Shown piece by piece: positions 48,519 through 56,461 of a stretch of DNA of 64,000 nt (its first letter is position 1; each line of letters begins with the position of its first letter). The notes below the pieces were generated by a model. The model saw nothing but the letters and a program-made list of their open reading frames with translations. It was not told the DNA's origin and made no database searches. This stretch comes from Candidatus Omnitrophota bacterium (GTDB lineage: Bacteria; Omnitrophota; Gorgyraeia; Zapsychrales; Aceulaceae), in contig JAKQPK010000013.1 in assembly GCA_029564765.1 (NCBI GenBank), positions 28,216 to 92,215 on the forward strand. The letters are read 5' to 3'. A program made the translations under genes and the position numbers.

Positions 48519-48890
48519 ATGGAACGTAAGAAAACGATCCTTTTTGTGGAAGATGAATCTGACCTGCGGATGCTGGTCGCGGAAGAACTTTCAGGCCTTG
48601 GCTATCATGTTATGGAGGCCGATGATGGAGAAGAGGCGATGGCCTGTTTTGAAAAGGTCATACCGGATCTTATCATTACGGATATCGTTATGCCCAAGAT
48701 GCACGGCGATGAGCTTGTTAGAGCTGTACGGGCTTTGGACCAAGGTAAGAAGATCCCTATCATTGTTGTAAGCGCCTACGCGCCTAAAGAAAAAGCCTTA
48801 AGTGGTTTTGAGGGTGTCTCGATCATCGAAAAGCCTTTCTCTGTGGACCAGCTTCTTTCTATGGTCCAAGATCTTCTTGCGGAAAAGTGA
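48519..48890 (+). CDS. Single-domain response regulator (CheY-like receiver)
   Basis: KTILFVEDESDLR...IITDIVMPKMHG...IIVVSAY receiver motifs. Directly downstream of the histidine kinase. Confidence 0.85.
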   Translation: MERKKTILFVEDESDLRMLVAEELSGLGYHVMEADDGEEAMACFEKVIPDLIITDIVMPKMHGDELVRAVRALDQGKKIPIIVVSAYAPKEKALSGFEGVSIIEKPFSVDQLLSMVQDLLAEK

Positions 48891-48987
48891 TCCTAGGTAT
48901 TCGGCCAAACCCAAGAACGAAGGGTGCTTGACAGGGTTTTCTTTTGTGTTAAATTATTGGCATATGCTATTAACTTAAGGAGCTCTA

Positions 48988-49287
48988 GTGTCTCGTCCTG
49001 TTAAACAACGATGCATCAGAAAAGATCCTGCATCTTATTATTTTAAGCCGCGGGGAATACCTCTAAAAGATCTCAAGGAAAACAACCTAACCTTAGATGA
49101 ATTAGAAGCGATACGCTTGGCTGATCTTGATCGTCAGTATCAACAACAGGCTGCTTGCAAGATGGGTGTTTCCAGGCAGACTTTTGGCAATATTATCAAG
49201 TCCGCTCACCACAAGATCGCAGATGCGCTTTTGCGAGGGAAAGCGCTCAAGATCAAGGGTGGATTTGTGAAAAAGGTGCGCATATGA
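48988..49287 (+). CDS. UPF0251/DUF134 family putative DNA-binding protein
   Basis: PRPVK-type N-terminus, YFKPRGIPLKDL and LTLDELEAIRLADLDRQYQQQAACKMGVSRQTFGNIIKSAHHKIADALLRGKAL match the DUF134 family (sigma70 region-4-like HTH). Confidence 0.7.
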   Translation: MSRPVKQRCIRKDPASYYFKPRGIPLKDLKENNLTLDELEAIRLADLDRQYQQQAACKMGVSRQTFGNIIKSAHHKIADALLRGKALKIKGGFVKKVRI

Positions 49288-49874
49288 AAGATTGGTTCAG
49301 CATAGAAAAGAGAAAGCAAAGATCGTTGAAAGATCATGGATATGATATTGTGCGCTCAAGAGATTTTATTCTCCAGAAAGCCAAGATCGGCAAAGGGTCG
49401 CTTTTAGAGATCGGCACAGGCAAGGGTCATTTTACGCTGGCGTTAGCAAGAAGAAATTTTTTGTTTACTGCTATCGATCTTGATGCCAGTGCGCAAAAAG
49501 TAGCTCGTCAGTATCTTCGTCGTTATGGGTTGGAAAATATGGTTGCGATCCGCAAGATGAATGCTGAAAAATTGAGTTTTTCCAATCAAAGCTTTGATAT
49601 TGTCATTTCGGTTAATTTTATGCATCACGCGCAAAAACCTTTTCTTTGTTTGCGGGAAATGGTGCGCGTGGCAAAAAAGAAGATCGTGATAGCAGATATC
49701 AACCAAAAAGGCGCACAAGCCCTAGACCGTTTTCATGCGAATGAAGGCCGTCAACACCCTCGTTCACATGTTTCGCTTAAAGAGGTGCGTTCGTTCTTTC
49801 AAAAAAGCGGATTTACCGTTAAGACCTATAAAGGGTATTGTCAGACAGTGCTTGTCGCGAGGAAAGGAGAATAA
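49284..49874 (+). CDS. Class I SAM-dependent methyltransferase
   Basis: LLEIGTGKGHFTL (motif I), TAIDLD (motif II) and SFDIVISVNFMHH (post II/III). ATG at 49284 overlaps the DUF134 stop. Confidence 0.75.
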   Translation: MKDWFSIEKRKQRSLKDHGYDIVRSRDFILQKAKIGKGSLLEIGTGKGHFTLALARRNFLFTAIDLDASAQKVARQYLRRYGLENMVAIRKMNAEKLSFSNQSFDIVISVNFMHHAQKPFLCLREMVRVAKKKIVIADINQKGAQALDRFHANEGRQHPRSHVSLKEVRSFFQKSGFTVKTYKGYCQTVLVARKGE

Positions 49875-49876
49875 AG

Positions 49877-50242
49877 ATGAAGGTGTGTATCCCAACGGAA
49901 ACAAATCAAGGCATAGCAGCGGATGTTTACGGACATTTTGGTAGCGCCCCGTACTTTATGATCTATGATACGGAATCTTGCACGACAGAGATAGTCGTCA
50001 ATACAAATCAGCATCATTCACATGGGATGTGTCAGCCAATGACAGTTTTGATGGATAAAAAGATCGATGCGGTGGTGTGCGCTGGCATGGGTGGCAGAGC
50101 TGTTCAAAGGCTCAACGAGGGTGGAGTAAAAGCCTATCGAGCTATCCAAGGAACCGTGCAATCAGTCGTTGACCAGTTTCTCAAAGGCGGGCTTGAGGAG
50201 ATCACGGTAGCAAATGCCTGTATCCAACATGATTGCCATTGA
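49877..50242 (+). CDS. NifX/NafY/NifB-C-terminal-like dinitrogenase FeMo-cofactor-binding (Nitro_FeMo-Co) domain protein
   Basis: MKVCIPTETNQG...VYGHFGSAPYFMIYD...HGMCQPM...IDAVVCAGMGGRAVQRL...GVKAY is the characteristic layout. RBS AGGAAAGGAGA. Confidence 0.7.
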   Translation: MKVCIPTETNQGIAADVYGHFGSAPYFMIYDTESCTTEIVVNTNQHHSHGMCQPMTVLMDKKIDAVVCAGMGGRAVQRLNEGGVKAYRAIQGTVQSVVDQFLKGGLEEITVANACIQHDCH

Positions 50243-50253
50243 TTAAAAAGAAC

Positions 50254-50829
50254 ATGCTCACTTGTCTTGCTCTATGCTTTCATCACAAGCGTTTTATCAG
50301 CCGGCGAAAGCGATTCTGTTTTCAAAGTGGCTTGAATGTCCTGATCGGCCCTAATGGATCAGGAAAGAGTTCGCTTTTAAAAGCGATCCATCGATGTAAA
50401 GATTGCGACAGGCAAGAGGGCGCGCCGACGACTTACCATTATTTTAACAGCGAAGAGATGAATCCTCATAAGACGCACCGATATTTTAAAGGATTCGCTG
50501 GGTCTGTGATCCGCGCCCGTTCTCTTTTTTCCTCTCATGGAGAAACCTTGCGCGATGTATTAAAGTCGTATCGGCCTCAGAGAGGTGATTGTTTCTTGTT
50601 GGATGAGCCGGAGGTAGGACATGACCTATCGTGGATCCTTAAGATCCGCAGAGGATTAGATGAGCTTGCCAGGTCCGGCTGTCAGGTGATCGTGGCATCC
50701 CATCATCCGGTCTTTTGGGCAAAGGCCAGTGTTATAGAATTGAAACGTGGTTATTTGCAGAGATCGTGCAAGCTGATGCATCGCGTGACTGCTTGCCAAC
50801 TGCCAAGAAAGCAAAAGACAGCAAAATGA
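50254..50829 (+). CDS. Minimal ABC/RecF-like ATPase (Walker A, degenerate signature, Walker B)
   Basis: LNVLIGPNGSGKSSLL (Walker A), SSHGETLRDVL (LSGGQ-like) and CFLLDEPEVGHD (Walker B). Start uncertain (TTG 50233 by the track, ATG 50254). Confidence 0.6.
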   Translation: MLTCLALCFHHKRFISRRKRFCFQSGLNVLIGPNGSGKSSLLKAIHRCKDCDRQEGAPTTYHYFNSEEMNPHKTHRYFKGFAGSVIRARSLFSSHGETLRDVLKSYRPQRGDCFLLDEPEVGHDLSWILKIRRGLDELARSGCQVIVASHHPVFWAKASVIELKRGYLQRSCKLMHRVTACQLPRKQKTAK

Positions 50830-51539
50830 AGATCACGCTTTTAGCGCAAGGGTCAACTTTACAACAGCGGGCTAAGGGCCACTGGGGGATCGCTTTTTTG
50901 ATCGGCCAGGAGATCTTGTTCGACGCGTTCGGGGATGCGCATGCCTTGGAGCAGGCTATACAGAGTAAAAAGGTTGATCTTTCATGCCTAAAGCATATCG
51001 TTATTTCTCATGATCATTGGGATCACACAAACGGTTTGTGGTCCATTTTGCCGCGGTGCCCTCAAGCATCGGTTTATGTCTGCCGTCGAGTTTCATCACG
51101 CCTTAAGGAAAGCATACGCTCTTTTAGGGTGAAGCTTGTTGAGGTGCAGAAGCCTGTGAGGATCGTCCGCGGTGTTCATACTGCTGGCCAAATAAAGGGG
51201 CTGATCAAAGATCAGATTATTTATGAGCAATCATTGGTCATTTCATCGCTTCAAGGATTGACGCTTTTGACAGGCTGTTCTCATCCAGGGATCTTAAGTG
51301 TTGTCAACCATGTCCATGAACATTTTCATAAGATGCCTTGTCGGGTCATTGGTGGATTACATTTAAAAGACACGCCCGCGCAAGAGATCAAGAATATTGC
51401 CCATCAGCTAAAAAAAGATGGTGTCAAAACGATCATTCCTCTGCATTGCACCGGTAAGCAGGCCGTAAGGATCTTCAAGAGAGTTTTTAAGAAAGAATGT
51501 TGCGCTTGGCCTGCTGGAAAGAAAGCAATACAGTCTTGA
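50826..51539 (+). CDS. MBL-fold metallo-hydrolase
   Basis: HIVISHDHWDHTNG (HxHxDH motif) plus downstream His/Asp ligands. ATG at 50826 overlaps the previous stop. Confidence 0.7.
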   Translation: MKITLLAQGSTLQQRAKGHWGIAFLIGQEILFDAFGDAHALEQAIQSKKVDLSCLKHIVISHDHWDHTNGLWSILPRCPQASVYVCRRVSSRLKESIRSFRVKLVEVQKPVRIVRGVHTAGQIKGLIKDQIIYEQSLVISSLQGLTLLTGCSHPGILSVVNHVHEHFHKMPCRVIGGLHLKDTPAQEIKNIAHQLKKDGVKTIIPLHCTGKQAVRIFKRVFKKECCAWPAGKKAIQS

Positions 51540-51606
51540 TCAGGTTTTGTGCGGAGAGAATTCTATATAGACTCACGAAAAGAAACCAAGTATAATATCG
51601 GCGATC

Positions 51607-52422
51607 ATGATGGACGTTTTTCATTATCCCACACATCCTATTATGCAGGCGTTAGGCGCTGGCGTTTTTACTTGGGGGCTTACGGCCTTAGGGGCTGCTT
51701 TTATTTTTGTTACCCAGAAATTCAGTCAGAAAGTTTTTGACGCGATGCTGGGTTTTGCCGCGGGCGTGATGATCGCGGCGAGTTTCTGGTCCTTGTTGGC
51801 CCCGGCAATCGCGATGGCGCAAGATAACGGCCAGATCGCATGGCTGCCGGCGGCGTTAGGATTTTTCTTAGGCGCTTTATTCTTGCGGTTGATTGATATG
51901 ATCCTTCCGCATTTGCACTTAGGTTTTTCTTCATCGGAATCAGAAGGCATTAAGACGTCATGGCAGCGCAGCATTCTTCTTGTGCTCGCGATCACATTGC
52001 ATAATATTCCGGAAGGATTAGCGGTTGGCGTGGCTATTGGGGCTGCCGCGTCCGGCTTCCCTGAGGCTACAGTCGCGGCCGCGATCGCGTTAACGGCAGG
52101 GATCGGTATTCAGAATATTCCTGAAGGATTTGCTGTATCCGTGTCCTTGCGTCGGGAAGGCCTGTCAAAAATGAAAAGTTTTTGGTATGGCCAGCTTTCA
52201 GCGGTCGTTGAACCATTATTTGCTGTGATCGGAGCTGCTGCTGTTCTGTGGGCAAAACCTTTGTTACCGTATGCCTTGGGTTTCGCGGCTGGCGCGATGA
52301 TCTTTGTTGTGGTAGAAGAAGTCGTTCCCGAGTCACAGCGTAACGGCCATACGGATCTGGCGACGGCGGGCACCATCATTGGCTTTATCATTATGATGAT
52401 CTTGGATGTCGCGTTTGGGTAA
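51607..52422 (+). CDS. zupT: ZIP-family divalent metal (zinc) transporter ZupT-like
   Basis: Duplicated HNIPEGLAVGVAI and QNIPEGFAVSVSL motifs; 8 TM helices. Confidence 0.85.
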   Translation: MMDVFHYPTHPIMQALGAGVFTWGLTALGAAFIFVTQKFSQKVFDAMLGFAAGVMIAASFWSLLAPAIAMAQDNGQIAWLPAALGFFLGALFLRLIDMILPHLHLGFSSSESEGIKTSWQRSILLVLAITLHNIPEGLAVGVAIGAAASGFPEATVAAAIALTAGIGIQNIPEGFAVSVSLRREGLSKMKSFWYGQLSAVVEPLFAVIGAAAVLWAKPLLPYALGFAAGAMIFVVVEEVVPESQRNGHTDLATAGTIIGFIIMMILDVAFG

Positions 52423-52455
52423 GGATAATGTCAACTTATTAAAAGGAGGTTAAAG

Positions 52456-52965
52456 ATGGGAACAAGAGGAAGACAGATCATCGAGGCGTTAGGGATCAAG
52501 ATCCCTGAATTGATCAAGATGTTAAACAAGGCGTATGCGGATGAGTGGTTAGCTTATTATCAATATTGGGCAGGGGCGAAGGTCGCGGTTGGTATGCCTA
52601 AAGAAGCTGTTGTTGCTGAGCTTACACAGCATGCCGCTGATGAGCTTAGACACGCGGGAATGGTTGCTGATCGGATCATTCAGCTGGGAGGAACGATCCT
52701 TCTGGAGCCCAAAGATTGGTATACGCATACTAACTGTGGATACGACAAGCCGGAAAATCCGGACGTCCGCGTGTTGTTAGAGCAGAATATTAAAGGTGAG
52801 CAATGCGCGATCAGCGTGTATAAAAAGATCATTGACTATACCAAAGACAAAGATCCTGTCACTTATGATATCGCGCTTCAGATCATGTCGGATGAGATCG
52901 AGCATGAAGAAGATCTAGAAGCTATTCGAGACGATATTAAGGTAATGTTTTCAAAAAGCAAATAA
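52456..52965 (+). CDS. Ferritin-like diiron-carboxylate protein (Dps/bacterioferritin superfamily-like)
   Basis: Paired E...ExxH motifs (ADELRHAG; DEIEHEEDL) in a four-helix-bundle-sized 169-aa protein. Confidence 0.55.
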   Translation: MGTRGRQIIEALGIKIPELIKMLNKAYADEWLAYYQYWAGAKVAVGMPKEAVVAELTQHAADELRHAGMVADRIIQLGGTILLEPKDWYTHTNCGYDKPENPDVRVLLEQNIKGEQCAISVYKKIIDYTKDKDPVTYDIALQIMSDEIEHEEDLEAIRDDIKVMFSKSK

Positions 52966-52971
52966 TATGCA

Positions 52972-53010
52972 AGGGCGCTGCTGCGCGGTGTTTTGACGCA
53001 GCAGCGCCCT
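52972..53010 (+). terminator. Strong hairpin after the ferritin-like gene (no clear U tract)
   Basis: AGGGCGCUGCUGCG...CGCAGCAGCGCCCU 14-bp stem; CACAAC follows rather than Us. Confidence 0.4.
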
Positions 53011-53081
53011 CACAACTATCATGAGGTCATGACCTTTAACCCTTTTCTTAAAAGGGCACCCAGGCCTCCCCAGAAAAGGTC

Positions 53082-54185
53082 ATGAATATCCTGATCCAGT
53101 TTAAAAATAATCCGCTTTTTTTTACTCATCCTCACGCACTGATCGTCTGTTGTAGGCCCGCAGACATTGAAGATGCTTTTGAGAAAATGGAATATTGGCT
53201 TTCTAAAGGATTTTATGTTGCCGGTTTTGTCTCTTATGAGGCTGGATATTGTCTGGAAAAATGTTTAGTGTCAAAAGAGGATTATGATTTTCCTTTGATA
53301 TGTGTGGGAGCGTATCACGCGCCTGAGCCTTCACGTCTTTCGACCTGCAAGAAAGATTTTATGTTGCGCAACGCCCGTTTGAGCTGTTCTTTTCGAGATT
53401 ACGCTCAGCATATTCAGCGCATCCGCGAATACATTCAAAAAGGAGATGTCTATCAGATCACTTACTGCTTGAAGCTTTTTTGCGATATCAGCGGCAGCGT
53501 AAACAGCTTTTATGGGCATTTGTTGCAAGAGCATCCAGTCCCTTACGCGGCGTACCTTGAGCATGATCCTTGGAAGATCTTGTCGTTCTCTCCTGAGCGA
53601 TTTATCAGAAAAAAGGGGAGCCGCATCCTAGCGGAACCTATGAAAGGAACGTGGCCTAGAGGAAGCAACTTTTTTTCCGATGTTCTCGCGCGTTTTCATC
53701 TGAAATACGACATAAAAAATAGGGCTGAGAACGTGATGATCGCGGATCTTCTGCGTAACGACCTCGGACGTATCGCAAGCCATATCCGGGCGCCAAAACT
53801 GTTCACGGTCGCCAGATATAACACTCTTTTTCAGATGACCTCCACTGTGACAGGCCGCGTGAACCCTCAAAAAACAATACGCGATATTTTCTCAGCCCTT
53901 TTTCCTTCTGGCTCTGTCACGGGAGCGCCTAAGATCCGGGCGATGCAGATCATTCAGGGCCTTGAACCCTTTGAGCGCAAGATCTATACAGGCGCTATCG
54001 GCTACATCACGCCGAATAGAGATTGTTATTTTAATATTCCCATTCGAACGATCTTGATCGAGAACAGCAAGGCAGAGATGGGTATTGGCGGAGGGATCGT
54101 TTGGGATTCTACGGCTGAAGGTGAATGGAATGAAGGGATGTTAAAAGCGCGTTTTTTGATGAAGCATGTTAGAAAAGATCTTTAA
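53082..54185 (+). CDS. Chorismate-binding enzyme, aminodeoxychorismate synthase component I (PabB)-like, short form
   Basis: C-terminal chorismate-binding motifs FPSGSVTGAPKIRAMQII, ERKIYTGAIGYI and GGGIVWDS. Confidence 0.75.
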   Translation: MNILIQFKNNPLFFTHPHALIVCCRPADIEDAFEKMEYWLSKGFYVAGFVSYEAGYCLEKCLVSKEDYDFPLICVGAYHAPEPSRLSTCKKDFMLRNARLSCSFRDYAQHIQRIREYIQKGDVYQITYCLKLFCDISGSVNSFYGHLLQEHPVPYAAYLEHDPWKILSFSPERFIRKKGSRILAEPMKGTWPRGSNFFSDVLARFHLKYDIKNRAENVMIADLLRNDLGRIASHIRAPKLFTVARYNTLFQMTSTVTGRVNPQKTIRDIFSALFPSGSVTGAPKIRAMQIIQGLEPFERKIYTGAIGYITPNRDCYFNIPIRTILIENSKAEMGIGGGIVWDSTAEGEWNEGMLKARFLMKHVRKDL

Positions 54186-54976
54186 AGGCTAAGTGATAAT
54201 AAGAATAGTAATGCAAATAGCAATGTGAATTTATAAAGATCTATTTTTCCTGCTACTTTTAAAAAGCCGTGGATCGTTAAGAGACTAATGATGAACGCAG
54301 AAAAGAATCCAGCGGCCGCGCCGCTTGAAAAGGTGATGCCCTTGGCAAGGCCTAACATGATATTGTTCGCCAGCATAAAAGGGATTGCCATTAAAAAGCT
54401 AAGGCGGATCGATGTTGTTTGGTCAAATTGACGCATAAGAAAACAAGCAATGGTCGCTCCTGTCCGTGATAATCCTGGAAGTATCGCCAGACCTTGGATC
54501 GCGCCTAAGACAAAGATGTCTTGAAGGTTAAGCTTTTGAACGTTCTTCAAGATCGGGTGTTGTATCTTACGTTGCAGGATGGATGTTGCAAAAAGAAGGA
54601 TAATGATCAGCAGCGCTATGATCTTTCCAAGGGTTTGGAAATAATAAGAAAGCGGCATTAAGAAAATCATTAGTATTGCTCCTGTCACTCCTGCCACAAG
54701 AATGGTTCCAGTCATTAGAGCGGTGATCTTCTTTACTTTTTCATCAGCTTTGGACCAGGTTATGATAGCATGAAAAATATTTCGTATATCTTGATGAAAG
54801 TAGACGCAAAGAGCCAAAGTCGATCCCCAGCGCAAAGGAAGAGCGTGCTGGATGATCCCAGACAGATCCGTTGCATGAAAGAGCCTTATTTTTGCCAAGA
54901 CGATCATTCTTTCAGCATTCACGGGCAACCATTCGCAGATGCCATGGATCATTCCTAAAACAATAGACTCAAGCAT
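54182..54976 (-). CDS. uppP: Undecaprenyl-diphosphate phosphatase (UppP/BacA family)
   Basis: MLESIVLGMIHGICEWLPVNAERMIVL parallels the UppP N-terminus (EGLTEFLPVSSTGH). 8 TM helices. RBS AAAGGAGAG 3 nt before the ATG at 54976. Confidence 0.65.
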   Translation of the reverse strand: MLESIVLGMIHGICEWLPVNAERMIVLAKIRLFHATDLSGIIQHALPLRWGSTLALCVYFHQDIRNIFHAIITWSKADEKVKKITALMTGTILVAGVTGAILMIFLMPLSYYFQTLGKIIALLIIILLFATSILQRKIQHPILKNVQKLNLQDIFVLGAIQGLAILPGLSRTGATIACFLMRQFDQTTSIRLSFLMAIPFMLANNIMLGLAKGITFSSGAAAGFFSAFIISLLTIHGFLKVAGKIDLYKFTLLFALLFLLSLSL

Positions 54977-55137
54977 GAACTCTCCTTTGTGATCAGCAAG
55001 ATTTATTGTTTGGTAGTAACGCATGTATCATAGCATAAAATTTTTTAGGGAAGCGGGTAATCCAAATAAAAATGGAAGATGATTTTATTAGATTGGCTCC
55101 TGTGTTATAATTTCTATCATTCCGCCATTAGACTAAT

Positions 55138-55989
55138 ATGATGAACCCTAGACAAAAAATATTTTATGTCTTTTGCATGCTCTGCGCTTTGTCCTTTGCG
55201 CTTTTAACATCGCCGATGTCTCTTTGGGCGGCCAAGAAAGCAAAAAGCCATAAAGGTATTTCCGCGCGTTCTGTCATTTTCTCCAATAGCACAAAGGTCA
55301 AGCGGCTATACGGTAAAAATGTCAACAAGCGGGTCCCTCCAGCAAGTACCGTTAAGGTCATGACAGCCTTATTGGCCATGGAAAAGCTATCCTTGGATCA
55401 AACCGTGACTGCTAGCAGTAATGTTGTTTATCCCCAGCCAAGCAAGATCTATATTCAGCCAGGAGAGCAGTATGATGTCAAAAGCCTTTTGTACGCTATT
55501 TTGCTGAAATCTGCCAATGACGCGGCAGTTGCCTTAGCGGAAGCTGTGGCCGGCTCTGAGGAGAAATTTGTTGCGTTAATGAATAAAAAAGCCAAAGAAC
55601 TTGGATGTAAGAATACAAAGTTCTCCAACGCCCATGGGTTACCGAAGCCGACGACCCAATACACAACAGCGTATGATATGTACTTGATCTTTCGCGCGGC
55701 CTTGAAGCATCCTTTTTTTCGTGAGGCTATCGCGACAAAACAAAAAACCATCGCCTCAAAAGCTGGGCGCGAGATCAGCCTTAAAAGCCACAACCACATC
55801 CTGTCTTCTAAGTGGAGCCAGAAGATCTATGGGAAAACGGGTTATACGCATGCCGCGCGCTCTTGCTTTGTTGGGTATACTAAAAAAGGCGCGGACGATC
55901 TGATCATCGCGATCTTCGGTTGCGCAAGCGGTAAGCGCTGGAATGAGATCAAGCGTATCGTTTCGAAGTACGGCGGGATCGCTCTTTGA
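55138..55989 (+). CDS. D-alanyl-D-alanine carboxypeptidase (peptidase S11, PBP5/DacF-like) with signal peptide
   Basis: SxxK (ASTVK), SxN (SANDAA) and KTG (KTGYT) motifs. Confidence 0.85.
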   Translation: MMNPRQKIFYVFCMLCALSFALLTSPMSLWAAKKAKSHKGISARSVIFSNSTKVKRLYGKNVNKRVPPASTVKVMTALLAMEKLSLDQTVTASSNVVYPQPSKIYIQPGEQYDVKSLLYAILLKSANDAAVALAEAVAGSEEKFVALMNKKAKELGCKNTKFSNAHGLPKPTTQYTTAYDMYLIFRAALKHPFFREAIATKQKTIASKAGREISLKSHNHILSSKWSQKIYGKTGYTHAARSCFVGYTKKGADDLIIAIFGCASGKRWNEIKRIVSKYGGIAL

Positions 55990-56035
55990 TTTCGTTTCCA
56001 GATTTCCTTCATATTGTTTAGATGGATCTGAAACG

Positions 56036-56120
56036 TCTCGATTGCTCTGAAATTTTTTATTTAGGAGAATCGAGTCAGCTTATAACTTAGCGCTCCCTGA
56101 CGGTCGCGTAAGTTATGTGC
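56036..56120 (+). repeat. Composite two-hairpin intergenic element, copy 1
   Basis: Hairpin CUCGAUU...AAUCGAG followed by hairpin AUAACUUAGCG-CUCCCUGACGGU-CGCGUAAGUUAU. Confidence 0.55.
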
Positions 56121-56130
56121 CGCACATCAT

Positions 56131-56207
56131 TTCTCTCCGCTTAAGATCAGCGGAGTAAATTCGCACTTATAACTTAGCGCTCCCTGACGGTCGCGTAAGT
56201 TATGTGC
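56131..56207 (+). repeat. Composite two-hairpin intergenic element, copy 2 (second hairpin identical to copy 1 over 41 nt)
   Basis: Hairpin CUCCGC-UUAAGAUCA-GCGGAG, linker UAAAUUCG, then the 41-nt hairpin identical to that in copy 1. Confidence 0.6.
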
Positions 56208-56281
56208 TCATTTAAAATCGGTTGCCAAAAGTTCTTTTATACGGTAAAATCTGTTCTTCTCGCAAAGGAGAGAAGTCTCAT

Positions 56282-56461
56282 ATGAAGCAGGGAATAACAT
56301 TGTTGATCACTACAGGAATGATGCTTATTTTTGGGGTGATCATGATGGTACATTTGAATGCTTGGGAAAAAAGGATTAAGGAAGAAGTGTTAGCCCTTGC
56401 CAGACAAGAATGTCCGGACCTTGTGCAGCCGCAGAGCGATCCGGGAAAAGGAAAACTATGA
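56282..56461 (+). CDS. Small single-TM membrane protein
   Basis: RBS AAAGGAGAGAAG plus ATG at 56282. MKQGITLLITTGMMLIFGVIMMVHL TM helix. 59 aa. Confidence 0.45.
   Translation: MKQGITLLITTGMMLIFGVIMMVHLNAWEKRIKEEVLALARQECPDLVQPQSDPGKGKL

Noticed and set aside
49155-49283. N-terminal extension of the methyltransferase ORF (track start 49155)
   Set aside because: It overlaps the conserved DUF134 gene in another frame. The ATG at 49284 gives a normal methyltransferase N-terminus coupled to the DUF134 stop.
52972-53010. Hairpin after the ferritin-like gene as a canonical intrinsic terminator
   Set aside because: The strong 14-bp stem is not followed by a U tract, so it is kept only as a low-confidence feature.
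56080-56207. CRISPR array (two identical 41-nt repeats about 86 nt apart)
   Set aside because: There are only two tandem copies and no cas genes. The repeats are hairpins sharing a structured linker with a third, diverged copy 3 kb away. They behave like REP/structured-RNA elements rather than CRISPR repeats.
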